NCBI GenBank assembly: GCA_963835645.1
Contig: CAWIGQ010000012.1
Span: forward strand, 16,954-80,953
From: an uncultured Gammaproteobacteria bacterium
GTDB lineage: Bacteria > Pseudomonadota > Gammaproteobacteria > Steroidobacterales > Steroidobacteraceae
DNA: 64,000 nucleotides
Direction of reading: 5' to 3'
Positions 1 through 10,400 of the stretch are shown here, piece by piece; positions within the stretch are counted from its first letter, which is position 1, and every line of letters begins with the position of its first letter. Under the pieces are notes generated by a model. It was not told the DNA's origin, did not search any database, and saw nothing but the letters and a program-made list of their open reading frames with translations. The position numbers and the translations under genes were made by a program.

Positions 1-240
1 TTCGAGGTGACCGCCGCGCAGCGCTACCTTTACTTAAGTCCCTGGAGCCGCGGACTGTCCACCGGCGAAGGCGCCGGCAGGATGCTGCGCCGGGGTCTGA
101 CCTACCCGCTGCCCGCGGGGGGCTATCTGCTCAAGGCGCGCAAGCGCCTCTACACGCTCACGCCGGTGCGGCCGCGCATGCGCGAGAAGCCCGCCGTGAT
201 CGGCGGCCTCGTCAAGCCGACGACGCGCTCGCAGGCGTGA
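1..240 (+). CDS. 3' end of an upstream CDS (partial; function not determinable from the C-terminal fragment)
   Basis: The open frame enters the window at base 1 and stops at TGA 238-240. The stop overlaps the GTG start of rnhA (GTGA at 237-240). No diagnostic motif in the ~79 residues. Confidence 0.4.
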   Translation, partial: FEVTAAQRYLYLSPWSRGLSTGEGAGRMLRRGLTYPLPAGGYLLKARKRLYTLTPVRPRMREKPAVIGGLVKPTTRSQA

Positions 241-680
241 TCGAGATTTATACCGACGGCGCCTGCCGCGGCAATCCCGGCCCCGGCGGCTGGGCGGCGC
301 TGCTGAAGAGCGGTGCGCACGAGAAGGAGATCAGCGGCGCGCAGGAGCACACCACCAACAACCGCATGGAGCTGACGGCGGTGATCCGGGCGCTGGAAGT
401 GCTCAAACGTCCGGTGCGCGCGCGCGTGTACACCGATTCCCAGTACGTGCGCCGCGGCATCAGCGAATGGCTGCCGCAGTGGAAGGCGCGCGGCTGGCGT
501 ACCGCAGGCCGCAAACCGGTGAAGAACCAGGATCTGTGGCAGCGGCTCGATCAGCTCGCCGCCGGGCACGAGATCGAGTGGCACTGGGTGCCGGGCCACG
601 CCGGTGTGCCCGGCAACGAGCGCGTCGATCGCCTCGCAAATGCCGCGATCGACACGTTATCCCGACAAGCGTTGCGGTAG
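237..680 (+). CDS. rnhA: Ribonuclease HI
   Basis: 147 aa. Family-typical motifs are [24 protein letters not shown] and [20 protein letters not shown], which carry the DEDD catalytic residues. GTG start. Confidence 0.95.
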   Translation: MIEIYTDGACRGNPGPGGWAALLKSGAHEKEISGAQEHTTNNRMELTAVIRALEVLKRPVRARVYTDSQYVRRGISEWLPQWKARGWRTAGRKPVKNQDLWQRLDQLAAGHEIEWHWVPGHAGVPGNERVDRLANAAIDTLSRQALR

Positions 681-693
681 ACTCGCCCCCACC

Positions 694-1470
694 ATGCGCC
701 AGGTCGTGCTCGACACGGAAACCACGGGACTGGAACCGGAGCTCAATCACCGTGTCATCGAGATCGGCTGCGTGGAGCTGGTGAACCGCCGCTCGAGCGG
801 CCGCAGCTTCCATCGCTATCTCAACCCCGAGCGCGAGATCGACGACGGCGCGCTGGCGGTGCACGGCATCTCGCGCAACGATCTCGACGGTCAGCCGCGT
901 TTTGCCGACATCGCCGAGGAACTGCTGGCCTTTCTCGCCGGCGCCGAGCTCGTGATCCACAACGCCGCCTTCGATGTCGCGTTCCTCGATGCCGAGCTCG
1001 CGCGTCTGCCGGGCGAGCAGCGCCAGATCGCCTCAATCTGCCGGGTGCTCGATACGCTCGCGCTGGCGCGCGAGCTGCACCCGGGCAAGAGCAATAGCCT
1101 CGATTCGCTGTGCAAGCGCTACAACGTCGATGACTCCGAGCGCGAGCTGCACGGCGCGCTGCTCGATGCCCGCATTCTCGCGGACGTGTATCTGGCGATG
1201 ACCGGCGGCCAGGGGGCGCTGGCGCTCGCTGAAGCCACCGTGCCGGCGCACGCCGCGGACGGCGGCCGTGGCAGGGGTGCGCCGCTGCGCACCGCGGTAC
1301 CGCTGGTGGTGGTGGCGGCGACGGCCGAGGAGCTCAGCGCGCATGAGGCGATGCTCGCGGTGATTGCCAAGGCGAGCGGCGGGCGAGTCCTGTGGGCGGC
1401 GACCGAGCCGCGCGACAGCATTGCCGCGGTGCCCTCGTGCGCCCCCGAGCCGCGGTTCTCGAGCGCCTGA
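694..1470 (+). CDS. dnaQ: DNA polymerase III epsilon subunit (3'-5' proofreading exonuclease)
   Basis: Exo motifs are present: VLDTETTGL (Exo I), HNAAFDVAFL (Exo II) and HGALLDARILADVY (Exo III). Start placed at ATG 694 (MRQVVLDTETTG); the longer ORF from 604 overlaps rnhA. The rnhA-dnaQ adjacency is classical. Confidence 0.92.
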   Translation: MRQVVLDTETTGLEPELNHRVIEIGCVELVNRRSSGRSFHRYLNPEREIDDGALAVHGISRNDLDGQPRFADIAEELLAFLAGAELVIHNAAFDVAFLDAELARLPGEQRQIASICRVLDTLALARELHPGKSNSLDSLCKRYNVDDSERELHGALLDARILADVYLAMTGGQGALALAEATVPAHAADGGRGRGAPLRTAVPLVVVAATAEELSAHEAMLAVIAKASGGRVLWAATEPRDSIAAVPSCAPEPRFSSA

Positions 1471-1494
1471 GAAGAACGCCAAGGGTCGGTGGCG

Positions 1495-2772
1495 ATGCTC
1501 AACCTGCGCAACTGCCGCATCGGCGTGGTCGGCTTAGGCTACGTGGGCCTGCCGCTCGCGGCGGAATTCGGCAAGCACTTCGACACCACGGGCTTCGACG
1601 TGAACCCGAAGCGCGTGGCGCAGCTGCGCAAGGGACGCGACAGCACGCTCGAATTGACGCGCGCGGAGCTGCGGGCGGCGCAGCGGCTGCGTTTTACCAC
1701 CGACCTCACGCAGCTGCGCCGCTGCCAGGTGTTCATCGTCACCGTGCCGACCCCGATCGACGGCTACAAGCGCCCCGATCTCACACCGCTGGTCCGGGCG
1801 AGCGAGAGCGTCGGCAGGGTGCTGCACAAGGGTGCGGTGGTGATCTACGAGTCCACCGTCTACCCGGGATGTACCGAAGAGGTCTGCGTGCCGATCCTCG
1901 AGCGCATCTCGGGCCTGAAGTTCAACCGCGACTTCTTCGCCGGCTACAGCCCCGAGCGCATCAATCCCGGCGACAAGGAGCATCGCCTCACCACCATCTG
2001 CAAGGTCACCTCCGGGTCCACCCCGCAGGTGGCGGACTTCGTCGACCAGCTGTACGGCTCGATCGTCACCGCCGGCACGCACAAGACCTCCAGCATCCGC
2101 GTGGCGGAAGCGGCCAAGGTGATCGAGAACACCCAGCGCGACGTGAATATCGCACTCATCAACGAGCTGGCGCTCATCTTCAACCGCTTGGCTATCGACA
2201 CCGAGGAGGTGCTGAACGCCGCTGCCAGCAAGTGGAATTTCCTCCCCTTTCGCCCCGGACTGGTCGGCGGTCACTGCATCGGCGTGGATCCCTACTACCT
2301 CACTCACAAGGCGCAGGAGATCGGCTATCACCCCGAGATGATCCTCGCCGGCCGCCGCCTCAACGACAACATGGCGCTGCACGTGGCGGGCCAGATCACC
2401 CAGCTCATGGCAGCGCGGCGCATTCACGTCAAGGGGGCCCGGGTACTGATGCTGGGCATCACCTTCAAGGAGAACTGTCCCGATATCCGCAACTCCAAGG
2501 TGGTCGATGTGGTGCGTGAGCTGCAGAAGCAGGGCGCGGTGGTGGACATCTACGATCCGTGGGCGGCGCGCGCCGACTGCCGGCACGAGTACGGGCTCGA
2601 GCTGGTGCGCCTTCTCAAGCCCGGGCGCTATGATGTTGCGGTGGTGGCGGTGGCGCACCGGCAGTTCCGCGAGCTCGGCGCACGCGGCGTGCGGCGCCTG
2701 TGCAGGAGAAAGCACGTGCTGTACGACATCAAGCACGTCCTGCCGGCGGCGCAAGTCGACGGGCGCCTGTGA
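1495..2772 (+). CDS. Nucleotide-sugar 6-dehydrogenase, TviB/WbpO-like (UDP-N-acetylhexosamine dehydrogenase family)
   Basis: N-terminal Rossmann motif [13 protein letters not shown] and catalytic Cys motif [11 protein letters not shown]; about 425 aa. The N-terminus resembles the TviB/WbpO subgroup rather than Ugd. ATG 1495 is preferred over GTG 1489 because of the spacing from AAGGG at 1481-1485. Confidence 0.8.
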   Translation: MLNLRNCRIGVVGLGYVGLPLAAEFGKHFDTTGFDVNPKRVAQLRKGRDSTLELTRAELRAAQRLRFTTDLTQLRRCQVFIVTVPTPIDGYKRPDLTPLVRASESVGRVLHKGAVVIYESTVYPGCTEEVCVPILERISGLKFNRDFFAGYSPERINPGDKEHRLTTICKVTSGSTPQVADFVDQLYGSIVTAGTHKTSSIRVAEAAKVIENTQRDVNIALINELALIFNRLAIDTEEVLNAAASKWNFLPFRPGLVGGHCIGVDPYYLTHKAQEIGYHPEMILAGRRLNDNMALHVAGQITQLMAARRIHVKGARVLMLGITFKENCPDIRNSKVVDVVRELQKQGAVVDIYDPWAARADCRHEYGLELVRLLKPGRYDVAVVAVAHRQFRELGARGVRRLCRRKHVLYDIKHVLPAAQVDGRL

Positions 2773-3779
2773 AGATCCTGGTCACGGGCGCCGCAGGCTT
2801 CATCGGCGCGCGCACTGCGCAGCGCCTGCTGGAGCAGGGCCACGAAGTCGTCGGCCTCGACAACCTCAATGACTATTACGACGTGAGCCTCAAGCAGGCG
2901 CGCCTCGCGCGGCTTGCGCACGCGCGCTTTCGCTTCGAGAAGCTCGATCTCGCCGACGAGCCGGCAGTCGGCGCGCTGTTCGCGCGCGAGCGCTTTGCGC
3001 GCGTGGTGCACCTCGCGGCGCAGGCCGGGGTGCGCTATTCGCTGCAGAACCCGCACGCCTACGTGCGCAGCAACGTCAGCGGCACGCTGAATGTGCTGGA
3101 GGGTTGCCGCCACCACGGCGTCGAGCATCTGGTGTACGCCTCCACCAGCTCGGTGTACGGCGCCAACACCCACATGCCGTTCTCGGTGCACAACGGCGTC
3201 GATCATCCGCTGTCACTCTACGCCGCCACCAAGCGCGCCAACGAGCTCATGGCGCACAACTATTCGGCGCTGTTCAAGCTGCCGACCACCGGGCTGCGCT
3301 TTTTCACCGTCTACGGGCCGTGGGGGCGCCCGGACATGGCGCTCTTCATGTTCACGCGCAACATCCTCGAGGGCAAGCCCATCGACGTGTTCAACCACGG
3401 CCACCACGCCCGCGATTTCACCTACATCGACGACATCGCCGAAGGCGTGGTGCGCGCCTGCGAGCGCATTGCGCAACCCGATCCCGACTGGGACAGCCGC
3501 GTGCCCGATCCGGCATCGAGCTTCGCGCCTTTTCGCCTCTACAACATCGGCAATAATCAGCCGGTGCAACTGATGCGCTATATCGAGGTCATCGAGGAGT
3601 GCCTCGGGCGCAAGGCCTCGATGAACCTGCTGCCGCTGCAGCCGGGCGACGTGCCCGAGACGTACGCCGACATCGACGATCTGGTCAGGGACGTCGGCTA
3701 CCGCCCGGCGACGCCCATCGAGGTCGGCGTGCGCAAGTTCGTCGACTGGTTCTGCGAGTACTACGGCTACGCGCGCTGA
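2769..3779 (+). CDS. NAD-dependent nucleotide-sugar 4-epimerase (UDP-glucuronate 4-epimerase-like SDR)
   Basis: TGAAGFIG Rossmann motif, YAATK catalytic motif, and [18 protein letters not shown], which is typical of the uronate 4-epimerase subgroup. GTG start overlaps the upstream stop (GTGA at 2769-2772). Confidence 0.8.
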   Translation: MKILVTGAAGFIGARTAQRLLEQGHEVVGLDNLNDYYDVSLKQARLARLAHARFRFEKLDLADEPAVGALFARERFARVVHLAAQAGVRYSLQNPHAYVRSNVSGTLNVLEGCRHHGVEHLVYASTSSVYGANTHMPFSVHNGVDHPLSLYAATKRANELMAHNYSALFKLPTTGLRFFTVYGPWGRPDMALFMFTRNILEGKPIDVFNHGHHARDFTYIDDIAEGVVRACERIAQPDPDWDSRVPDPASSFAPFRLYNIGNNQPVQLMRYIEVIEECLGRKASMNLLPLQPGDVPETYADIDDLVRDVGYRPATPIEVGVRKFVDWFCEYYGYAR

Positions 3780-3810
3780 GCGTGGCTTAGCGCCGCGGCC
3801 GGGGAATGCT

Positions 3811-4032
3811 TCAGCGCTGCTCGAGCTTCTCCGCCAGCCACATCTTGATGAGCGACTGCCGGGTGATGCCAAATCGCCGCGCATGCCGATCGATGGATTG
3901 CACCATCCAGGCGGGGAAGTCCACGTTGACACGCTTGGCCTCGACGCCCGGCCGGCGAGCCTTCTTCAGGTCGAGCTGACCGGTAATCTTCTCGCCAGCA
4001 TCGAATTTCTGATCAAATTTCGTCGCTTTCAT
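3811..4032 (-). CDS. brnA: BrnA-type antitoxin (ribbon-helix-helix/CopG-like)
   Basis: About 73 aa starting at MKATKFDQKFD. The C-terminal stretch VNVDFPAWMVQSIDRHARRFGITRQSLIKMWLAEKL is typical of BrnA antitoxins. It overlaps the 3' end of brnT by 20 nt. Confidence 0.8.
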   Translation of the reverse strand: MKATKFDQKFDAGEKITGQLDLKKARRPGVEAKRVNVDFPAWMVQSIDRHARRFGITRQSLIKMWLAEKLEQR

Positions 4033-4282
4033 AGAGTTCCACCTCCTCATCCCGCGAACGCCTGACCGAGATCAGGCGGATGCTCTCCTCACGTCGCGTA
4101 ATCACAGCGGACCAGTGCTTATCGGCAATCCTGCCGATCACCAGCCAGCGGGGTTCATCGGTGACCCGGGCCGGGATTTCGACCCTCGCCGGGTCAGACC
4201 ACAGCTCCTGGGCCTCCTCGAAGTCGATGCCGTGTTTGCGCTTGTTCGCGGCACTTTTCTCGCCGTCGTACTCAAAAGCCAA
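4013..4282 (-). CDS. brnT: BrnT-type toxin (DUF497 ribonuclease toxin)
   Basis: 89 aa. FEYDGEKSAANKRKHGIDFEEA and the IRLISVRRSRDEE tail match the BrnT/DUF497 pattern. TTG start. It lies immediately upstream of brnA on the minus strand. Confidence 0.8.
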   Translation of the reverse strand: MAFEYDGEKSAANKRKHGIDFEEAQELWSDPARVEIPARVTDEPRWLVIGRIADKHWSAVITRREESIRLISVRRSRDEEVELYESDEI

Positions 4283-4304
4283 GCGGGTCGCGCTCCGATC
4301 CGAT

Positions 4305-4331
4305 GTATATTAAAGGTATATTTACTATACC
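4305..4331 (-). promoter_or_regulatory. Candidate brnTA promoter/operator (AT-rich, palindromic)
   Basis: This is the only strongly AT-rich patch in the region. On the minus strand, TAATAT (complement of 4307-4312) sits about 25 nt upstream of the brnT start. A perfect inverted repeat GGTATA-N5-TATACC lies at 4315-4331. Type II TA operons are commonly autoregulated through such palindromes. Confidence 0.4.
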
Positions 4332-4434
4332 ACGGCGGTGTCCGGCAGTGCGAGTCAAGGTCACCGACATTCCCGTGCCCGCCGGCGCGCGGCAATCTGG
4401 CAGTAAGATACTCTCGCCCGACAGGAGGCCTCAC

Positions 4435-5625
4435 GTGCCCACATCCGAGCCCAACCGCATGCAGGTGCCGCTGCTCGATCTGAAGCCGCAGTACCAGCCG
4501 CTCGCCGCGGAAATCCAGGCAGCGATCGCGCGGGTGTGTGCCGGCCAGCATTTCATCCTCGGGCCCGAAGTTCGCGAGCTCGAGGCGGGCATCGCCGCCT
4601 ACAGCCAGTGCCGCCACGGGATCGGCGTCTCCTCCGGCACCGATGCGTTGCTGCTGGCGCTGATGGCGCTCGGGATCGGGCCGGGCGATGCCGTGATCAC
4701 CAGCCCGTTCACCTTCTTTGCCACCGCGGGCACCATCGCGCGCGCCGGCGCGCGGCCGCTGTTCTGCGACATCGATGCGGCGACCTTCAACCTGAGTCCG
4801 AGTGCCGTTGCCGAGTTTCTCGCTCGGCAATGCGAGCGGCGCGGCAGTGAGCTCATCCACCGCGGCAGCGGTACGCACGTGCGCGCCATCATGCCGGTGC
4901 ACCTGTACGGACAGCTCTGCGACATGGAGCCGCTCCTGGACAGCGCGCGCCGCCATGGCCTGAAGGTCATCGAGGACGCCGCGCAGGCCATCGGCGCCGC
5001 CGACTCACAGCAGCGGCGCGCCGGCAGCTTCGGCGACGTCGGCTGCCTGTCCTTTTTCCCCACCAAGAACCTCGGCGCGTTCGGGGATGCGGGCATGTGC
5101 GTCACCAACGATGCGGCGCTTGCCGAGCGCATGCAGATCCTGCGGGTGCACGGTGGCAAGCCGAAGTACTATCACGCGCTCATCGGCGGCAATTTCCGCA
5201 TCGACGAGCTGCAGGCGGCGGTGCTCAACGTCAAGCTGAAGCATCTGGATGCCTGGACGGCCGGGCGGCAGCGCAATGCCGCCTTCTATGACGGCGCCTT
5301 CGCCCGTGCGCAGCTCGGCGCCGCCGTGCAGACCCCGCAGGCCTCCCCGGGCGTGCGCCACATCTACAATCAGTACGTCATCCGCGCACGCGAGCGCGAC
5401 CGCCTGCGCCAACAGCTGGCCGCGGCCGGCGTCGGCACCGAGATCTACTACCCGGTGCCGCTGCATCTGCAGCAGTGCTTCGCGTATCTCGGCTGCAAGG
5501 CCGGCGACTACCCGCTCTCGGAGCAGGCCGCGGCCGAGACCCTGGCGCTGCCGATCTACCCGGAGTTGACCGAAACGCAACTACAATACGTGGTCGACAC
5601 CATCGCGGCCTGCTGCCGCAGCTGA
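4435..5625 (+). CDS. DegT/DnrJ/EryC1/StrS family sugar aminotransferase (PLP-dependent)
   Basis: The N-terminus VPLLDLKPQYQPL and overall layout are typical of the DegT family. GTG 4435 has AGGAGG at 4423-4428; ATG 4459 is the alternative start. Confidence 0.85.
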   Translation: MPTSEPNRMQVPLLDLKPQYQPLAAEIQAAIARVCAGQHFILGPEVRELEAGIAAYSQCRHGIGVSSGTDALLLALMALGIGPGDAVITSPFTFFATAGTIARAGARPLFCDIDAATFNLSPSAVAEFLARQCERRGSELIHRGSGTHVRAIMPVHLYGQLCDMEPLLDSARRHGLKVIEDAAQAIGAADSQQRRAGSFGDVGCLSFFPTKNLGAFGDAGMCVTNDAALAERMQILRVHGGKPKYYHALIGGNFRIDELQAAVLNVKLKHLDAWTAGRQRNAAFYDGAFARAQLGAAVQTPQASPGVRHIYNQYVIRARERDRLRQQLAAAGVGTEIYYPVPLHLQQCFAYLGCKAGDYPLSEQAAAETLALPIYPELTETQLQYVVDTIAACCRS

Positions 5626-5705
5626 GTGTGCGTCGCGGCCGCGCGGGGGCAGCGCCGCGGCTGCAGCGCCGACCTCAGCCGGCGCGCCAAGCAAGGAGAG
5701 CCACT

Positions 5706-7352
5706 ATGACGCTCACGACACGCTCCGGCCCGCTCACCCCGGTGTGGGCGGAGCTCAACACGCACGCCGCACGCCTCGCCGCGGTGCCGGTGCGCGAGCT
5801 GTTCGAGCGCGATCCGAAGCGCTTCGAGCGCTTCTCGCGCGAGCACGTGGGGCTCCTCCTGGATTTCTCCCGCCAGCGGCTCGATGAGATCGCGCTCGCC
5901 AAGCTGTTCCAGCTCGCCGATGCAGTCGGCCTGCGCGCGCGGATCGACGCCATGTGGCGCGGCGAGCCGATCAACAGCACCGAGGACCGCGCCGTGCTGC
6001 ACGTGGCGCTGCGGCAGCCGCCGGGCGCAGCGCTCGGCGGCGCCGACATCGAGAACACCGTGATGGCGGAGCGCGCGCGCATGCTCGCCTTCGCGCAGGG
6101 GGTGCGCAACGGCGCGATCAAGAGCAGCGCCGGCGAGGCCTTTCGCCTGGTGATCAACATCGGCATCGGCGGCTCGGACTTAGGTCCCGCCATGGCGGTG
6201 CAGGCCCTGCGGGCGTTTACGACCGGGGCGCCACGCTGCGAGTTCGTGTCCAACATCGACGGCTGTCATCTGGCGGAGGTACTGGAGTCGGCGGATCCGC
6301 GCACCACGCTGTTCATCGTCTCTTCGAAAACCTTTACCACGCTCGAGACGCTCACCAACGCGCGCACGGCGCGCGCCTGGCTTGCCGGCAAGCTCGGCGA
6401 GCGGGCCGTGCCGCAGCACTTCGCCGCCGTTTCGGTGAACACGCCGGCCATGAACGAGTTCGGCGTGCATCCCGAGTACCGCTTCCAGATGTGGGACTGG
6501 GTCGGCGGGCGCTACTCGCTGTGGTCCTCGATCGGCGTGTCGCTCGCCATCGCCGTCGGCGAGCGCAACTTCCTCGATTTTCTTGCTGGCGGACACGAGG
6601 TGGATGAGCACTTCAGGAGTGCGCCGTGGGCGGAGAACCTGCCGGCGCTCATGGGGCTGATCGGCGTGTGGAACATCAATTTCATGAACCTGCCGACGCT
6701 CGCAGTGCTGCCGTACGACGACTCACTGCGCCGCTTCCCCGCCTACCTGCAGCAGCTCGAGATGGAGAGCAACGGTAAGTCCGTCATGCTCGATGGCAAG
6801 CCGGTGGAATGCCAGACCGCAGCGGTGATCTGGGGCGAGGCCGGCAACAACGGCCAGCACTCGTTCTTCCAGCTGCTGCACCAGGGCACGCCGCGCGCCG
6901 CGCTGGATTTCCTGCTGCCGGCGCGCTCCTCGTGCGGCAACCAGGCGCAGCAGAATCTCGCGATCGCCAGCTGCCTCGCGCAGGCGGAGGCGTTCACCAA
7001 CGGTCAGTCAGCCGACACCGTGCGCGCGGAGCTCGAGCGCCAGGGGGTGCCGCCCGCGCAACTCGAGGCGCTCATCCCCCACAAGGTGGACCCCGGCAGC
7101 CGCCCCAGCACCATCGTGCTGTTTCAGCAGCTCGATCCCGCGACGCTCGGCAGGCTGATCGCCCTCTATGAGCACAGCGTGCTCACGCAGAGTGTGGTCT
7201 GGGGCATCAATGCCTTCGATCAATGGGGCGTCGAGCTCGGCAAGAAGCTCACCTCGCAGCTCGCCCCGGCGGTGCAGGACCCTGGCGGGGGGCATGCAGC
7301 GCCGGCCGCGGTGATGAAGCTGCTGGCGGTCGTTGACCGGTGGCGGCGCTAG
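5706..7352 (+). CDS. pgi: Glucose-6-phosphate isomerase
   Basis: 548 aa. PGI signatures are GIGGSDLGP, DWVGGRYSLWSSIG and GQHSFFQLLHQG. AAGGAG lies upstream of ATG 5706. Confidence 0.93.
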   Translation: MTLTTRSGPLTPVWAELNTHAARLAAVPVRELFERDPKRFERFSREHVGLLLDFSRQRLDEIALAKLFQLADAVGLRARIDAMWRGEPINSTEDRAVLHVALRQPPGAALGGADIENTVMAERARMLAFAQGVRNGAIKSSAGEAFRLVINIGIGGSDLGPAMAVQALRAFTTGAPRCEFVSNIDGCHLAEVLESADPRTTLFIVSSKTFTTLETLTNARTARAWLAGKLGERAVPQHFAAVSVNTPAMNEFGVHPEYRFQMWDWVGGRYSLWSSIGVSLAIAVGERNFLDFLAGGHEVDEHFRSAPWAENLPALMGLIGVWNINFMNLPTLAVLPYDDSLRRFPAYLQQLEMESNGKSVMLDGKPVECQTAAVIWGEAGNNGQHSFFQLLHQGTPRAALDFLLPARSSCGNQAQQNLAIASCLAQAEAFTNGQSADTVRAELERQGVPPAQLEALIPHKVDPGSRPSTIVLFQQLDPATLGRLIALYEHSVLTQSVVWGINAFDQWGVELGKKLTSQLAPAVQDPGGGHAAPAAVMKLLAVVDRWRR

Positions 7353-7378
7353 GCGAGGGTCGACGCCGCCCGGTCAAC
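7332..7378 (+). terminator. Candidate stem-loop spanning the pgi stop codon (no U-tract)
   Basis: Left arm GTTGACCGGTGGCGGCG (7332-7348) and right arm CGCCGCCCGGTCAAC (7364-7378) pair almost perfectly around a ~15-nt loop. No T-run follows, so this is not a canonical intrinsic terminator. Confidence 0.3.
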
Positions 7379-7407
7379 CCGGGCTACATGAAGTCTGCGC
7401 GCTTCAG

Positions 7408-7413
7408 TACAAT
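7408..7413 (+). promoter_or_regulatory. Possible -10 box (TACAAT) upstream of the export gene
   Basis: TACAAT lies in the 144-nt pgi/OPX intergenic region, about 84 nt before ATG 7497. No good -35 at 17-18 nt, so support is weak. Confidence 0.2.
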
Positions 7414-7496
7414 CGCGATTCCGCGCGCGGGGGTGGTCGGCTACGCGGGTCGGCCGCGCGCTATTGCTCTAGAAGGCTCACGGAAAAAGGTTGGTA

Positions 7497-10400
7497 ATGC
7501 GCTTGATGCAACGCCTGGCAGGGCCGCTGGTCCTGTTCGCTCTGTCGGCTGCTCTGTTGCTCTGTGGTAATGAAGCTACCGGGCAAGCAAATGACAACCC
7601 CATGGGTGCTGGCTTGCAGATGCTGCAGGGCCTGTCTCCAGAACAACGCGAGGCGATATCGCAGCAGCTCGGCGGCGGGGGACTGGGCAACACCGGTACG
7701 TCGTCGAGTGCGGTCGGCGCCCGTACATTGCCGATGAACGAGGAACAGCAGAATCTCATGCTGCAGCAGCAGCGCGATCTTCTGATGGACCAACTGAGGC
7801 AGCGAGCAGAGCTGCAGCGCTTGAGCCCGTTTCTGAAGGCCGAGGATTGGGTGGTCATCACCATTGATTCCAACCCTTTGCCGGCTGGCCCACCGGCGCC
7901 AAACGCACCGCCGCAGGGGGCGGCCGCGCTTAGCGGGCTCAGTGGGCTCGGCGGTGGTGCTCAAGCGGGCTCCCAGCAACAGAACATTCTTGCCAATCCG
8001 GCTCTGGCCCTTGCGGCGAGTCAGGCTGCTGGAGGTCAATCCGGCGCTCCCGGTAGCGGTGCCACACAGAGCGGGGCGGCCGCGGCCGCTGCCGGCATGA
8101 CGCCGAGTTCTCCGCAGTACGCAACCGCAGGCGGGTACGCAACGCTGCCGCCCGATTGCACGGGGCAGCCGAACTGCGACACCTCGCAACCCACCAGGCC
8201 ACAACTGACCGACGAGGAAAAAAAGCGGCGCCAGGCGCTGATCGATCTGATCCGCTCCAAGAATCCCTACCAGCTCTCGCGCGACGGGGTGCTTGCGCTA
8301 CCCGGCTTTGCGCCGATGCCGCTCGCCGGACTTACCGAACAGCTCGCCGCATTGCGACTGGGGGTCGAGCCCGCGCTGAGCGATCTTTACATCCGGATCA
8401 CGAAGCTGCCGCTGACCAAGACGGGTCCCACCGCGCTGAAGCCCTTCGGCTACGATCTGTTCGACCATCCGATCTCGACGTTCGCGCCCTCGACGAATGT
8501 GCCGGTGCCAGTGGGGTATGTGGTGGGGCCCGGTGACGAGCTGGACGTGCAAATTTACGGGGCCAAGAACGGGAATCTCAGACTCGTTGTCGGCCGCGAC
8601 GGACGGGTGAATATTCCGCAGCTGGGACCGATCAGCGTCGGCGGACAGACCTTCGAAAGCGCGAAGGCACAGCTGGAGTCGCGCATCGAACGACAGATAA
8701 TCGGCGTACATGTAAGTGTCGCCATGGGTGACATCCGCACGATCCGGGTGTTTGTCCTCGGGGATGCGAAGTCGCCCGGCTCGTACACCATCAGTGGCCT
8801 CGGCACGATCACCTCGGCCTTGTTTGCCGCCGGCGGCGTGCAGCCGATCGGGTCACTGCGCAATATCGAGCTGAAGCGGCGCGGCGAGCTGGTGCGACGC
8901 CTGGATCTGTACGACATGCTGATTCGCGGGGACACGACCGATGATGCGCGGCTGCTGCCGGATGACGTCATCTTCATTCCCCCGGTCGGACCGACGGTTA
9001 CTGTCGACGGCGAAGTACACCGGCCGGCAATCTACGAGATTCGCAACGAGGCCTCGGTGGCTGATGTGGTGCAGCTTGCCGGAGGTCTCACTTCCGAGGC
9101 GGATACCGCCAAAGTGGCGCTCACGCGCATCGATGCCGCATTGCATCGGGTGGTGCTGCAGGTCGATCTGAGCTCTGGCGCCGGCCGTTCCGAAAGCGTG
9201 CGCAACGGCGACAGCCTCCGAGTCGCGCGCCTGCGTCCGACGCTCGACTCCGGGATAATCGTGCAGGGCTACGTCTACACGTCCGGCGCCTTCGCCTATC
9301 GCGCCGGCATTCGGCTCACGGACGTGATCCGTTCGGTGGATGACCTGAAGCCGAACGCCGACCTTCACTATGTCCTGATCCGCCGCGAACTGCCCCCGGA
9401 TCGGCGCATCACTGTAGTATCGGCGGATCTCGACGCGGCGCTGCGCGAGCCAGGCTCGGCCGCGGATGTGCCGCTGATGGCGCGCGATCGCATCACGGTA
9501 TTCGATCTTCAGTCGAGTCGCGATCGTGTGATCGAGCCGCTGCTCGATGACCTCAAGGTGCAATCGAGTATCGGACTGCCGAACGAGGTGGTCCGCATCG
9601 GTGGGCGCGCCAACGTTCCCGGCGAGTACCCTCTGGAGCAGGGCATGACCGTGAGAGACCTCATCAGGGCTGGTGGGGGTCTGAGCGATTCGGCGTACGG
9701 CGGTAGCGCTGAGCTTACGCGCTACCAGGTCGTAAACGGACAGTCCCGCCAGACCGAGCTCATCCAGGTGGATCTCGCTGCGGTTTTGCGCGGCGAGGCA
9801 GCGGCGAATGTGCGGCTTCAGCCCTTCGACACTCTCAGCATCAAGGAGGTCGAGGCATGGACCGAACAGGAGGCGATCACGCTGCGCGGACAAGTGAAGT
9901 TTCCCGGCACATACTCGGTCAAACCCGGAGAAACCCTGAAGTCTGTGCTGCTGCGCGCCGGCGGGCTCACTCAGTTCGCGTTCCCGGAGGGAAGTGTGTT
10001 CACCCGCAAGGAGCTGCGCGAGCGGGAGCAGAGGGAGCTGGATATGCTCGCCGTGCGCATGCAGAGCGACATCGCATTTGTCGCGCTACAGGGCACCGTT
10101 GCAAACCAGGGCGGTGCCGCCGGAGCGCTGAGCGTCGGACAGACCTTGCTCTCTCAACTGCGCCAGGCCAAGGCGGTCGGCCGGCTGGTTGTCAACCTCA
10201 AACGCATGCTGCAGTCACCCATCGGGTCGCCCTATGACGTCGTGCTCCGTGACGGAGACGAGCTCATCGTGCCGAAGCTGCGGCAGGAGGTGACGGTGAT
10301 CGGGGAGGTGCAGACGGTTACGTCTCATCTGTATCGTCGGGGATTCTCGCGCGATGACTACATCTCCATGAGCGGCGGCGAGACAGCGCGTGCGGACCAC

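Noticed and set aside
3771-3800. A short imperfect inverted repeat (GCGCTGAGC / GCTTAGCGC) between the convergent epimerase and brnA genes, considered as a bidirectional terminator.
   Set aside because: The stem has a mismatch, a 3-4 nt loop and no flanking T or A tracts. This is too weak to call.
4294-4308. A 13-nt string CGATCCGATGTAT shared between the brnT upstream region (about 4296-4308) and the wzz/marR intergenic region (about 12138-12150). It was considered as a possible repeated regulatory or mobile-element end.
   Set aside because: Exact 13-mers shared somewhere within a 64-kb window are expected by chance. No extended similarity or inverted-repeat context surrounds either copy.
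7497-7580. A possible lipoprotein lipobox in the OPX signal peptide (ALLLCG).
   Set aside because: The residue preceding Cys is Leu, not the Gly/Ala/Ser of a canonical lipobox. Acylation cannot be supported from sequence alone.
9699-9710. A second ops-like sequence, GGCGGTAGCGCT, inside the OPX coding region.
   Set aside because: It is intragenic and lacks the T11/G12 of ops. The GGCGGTAG octamer is expected to occur a few times by chance in 64 kb of this composition.
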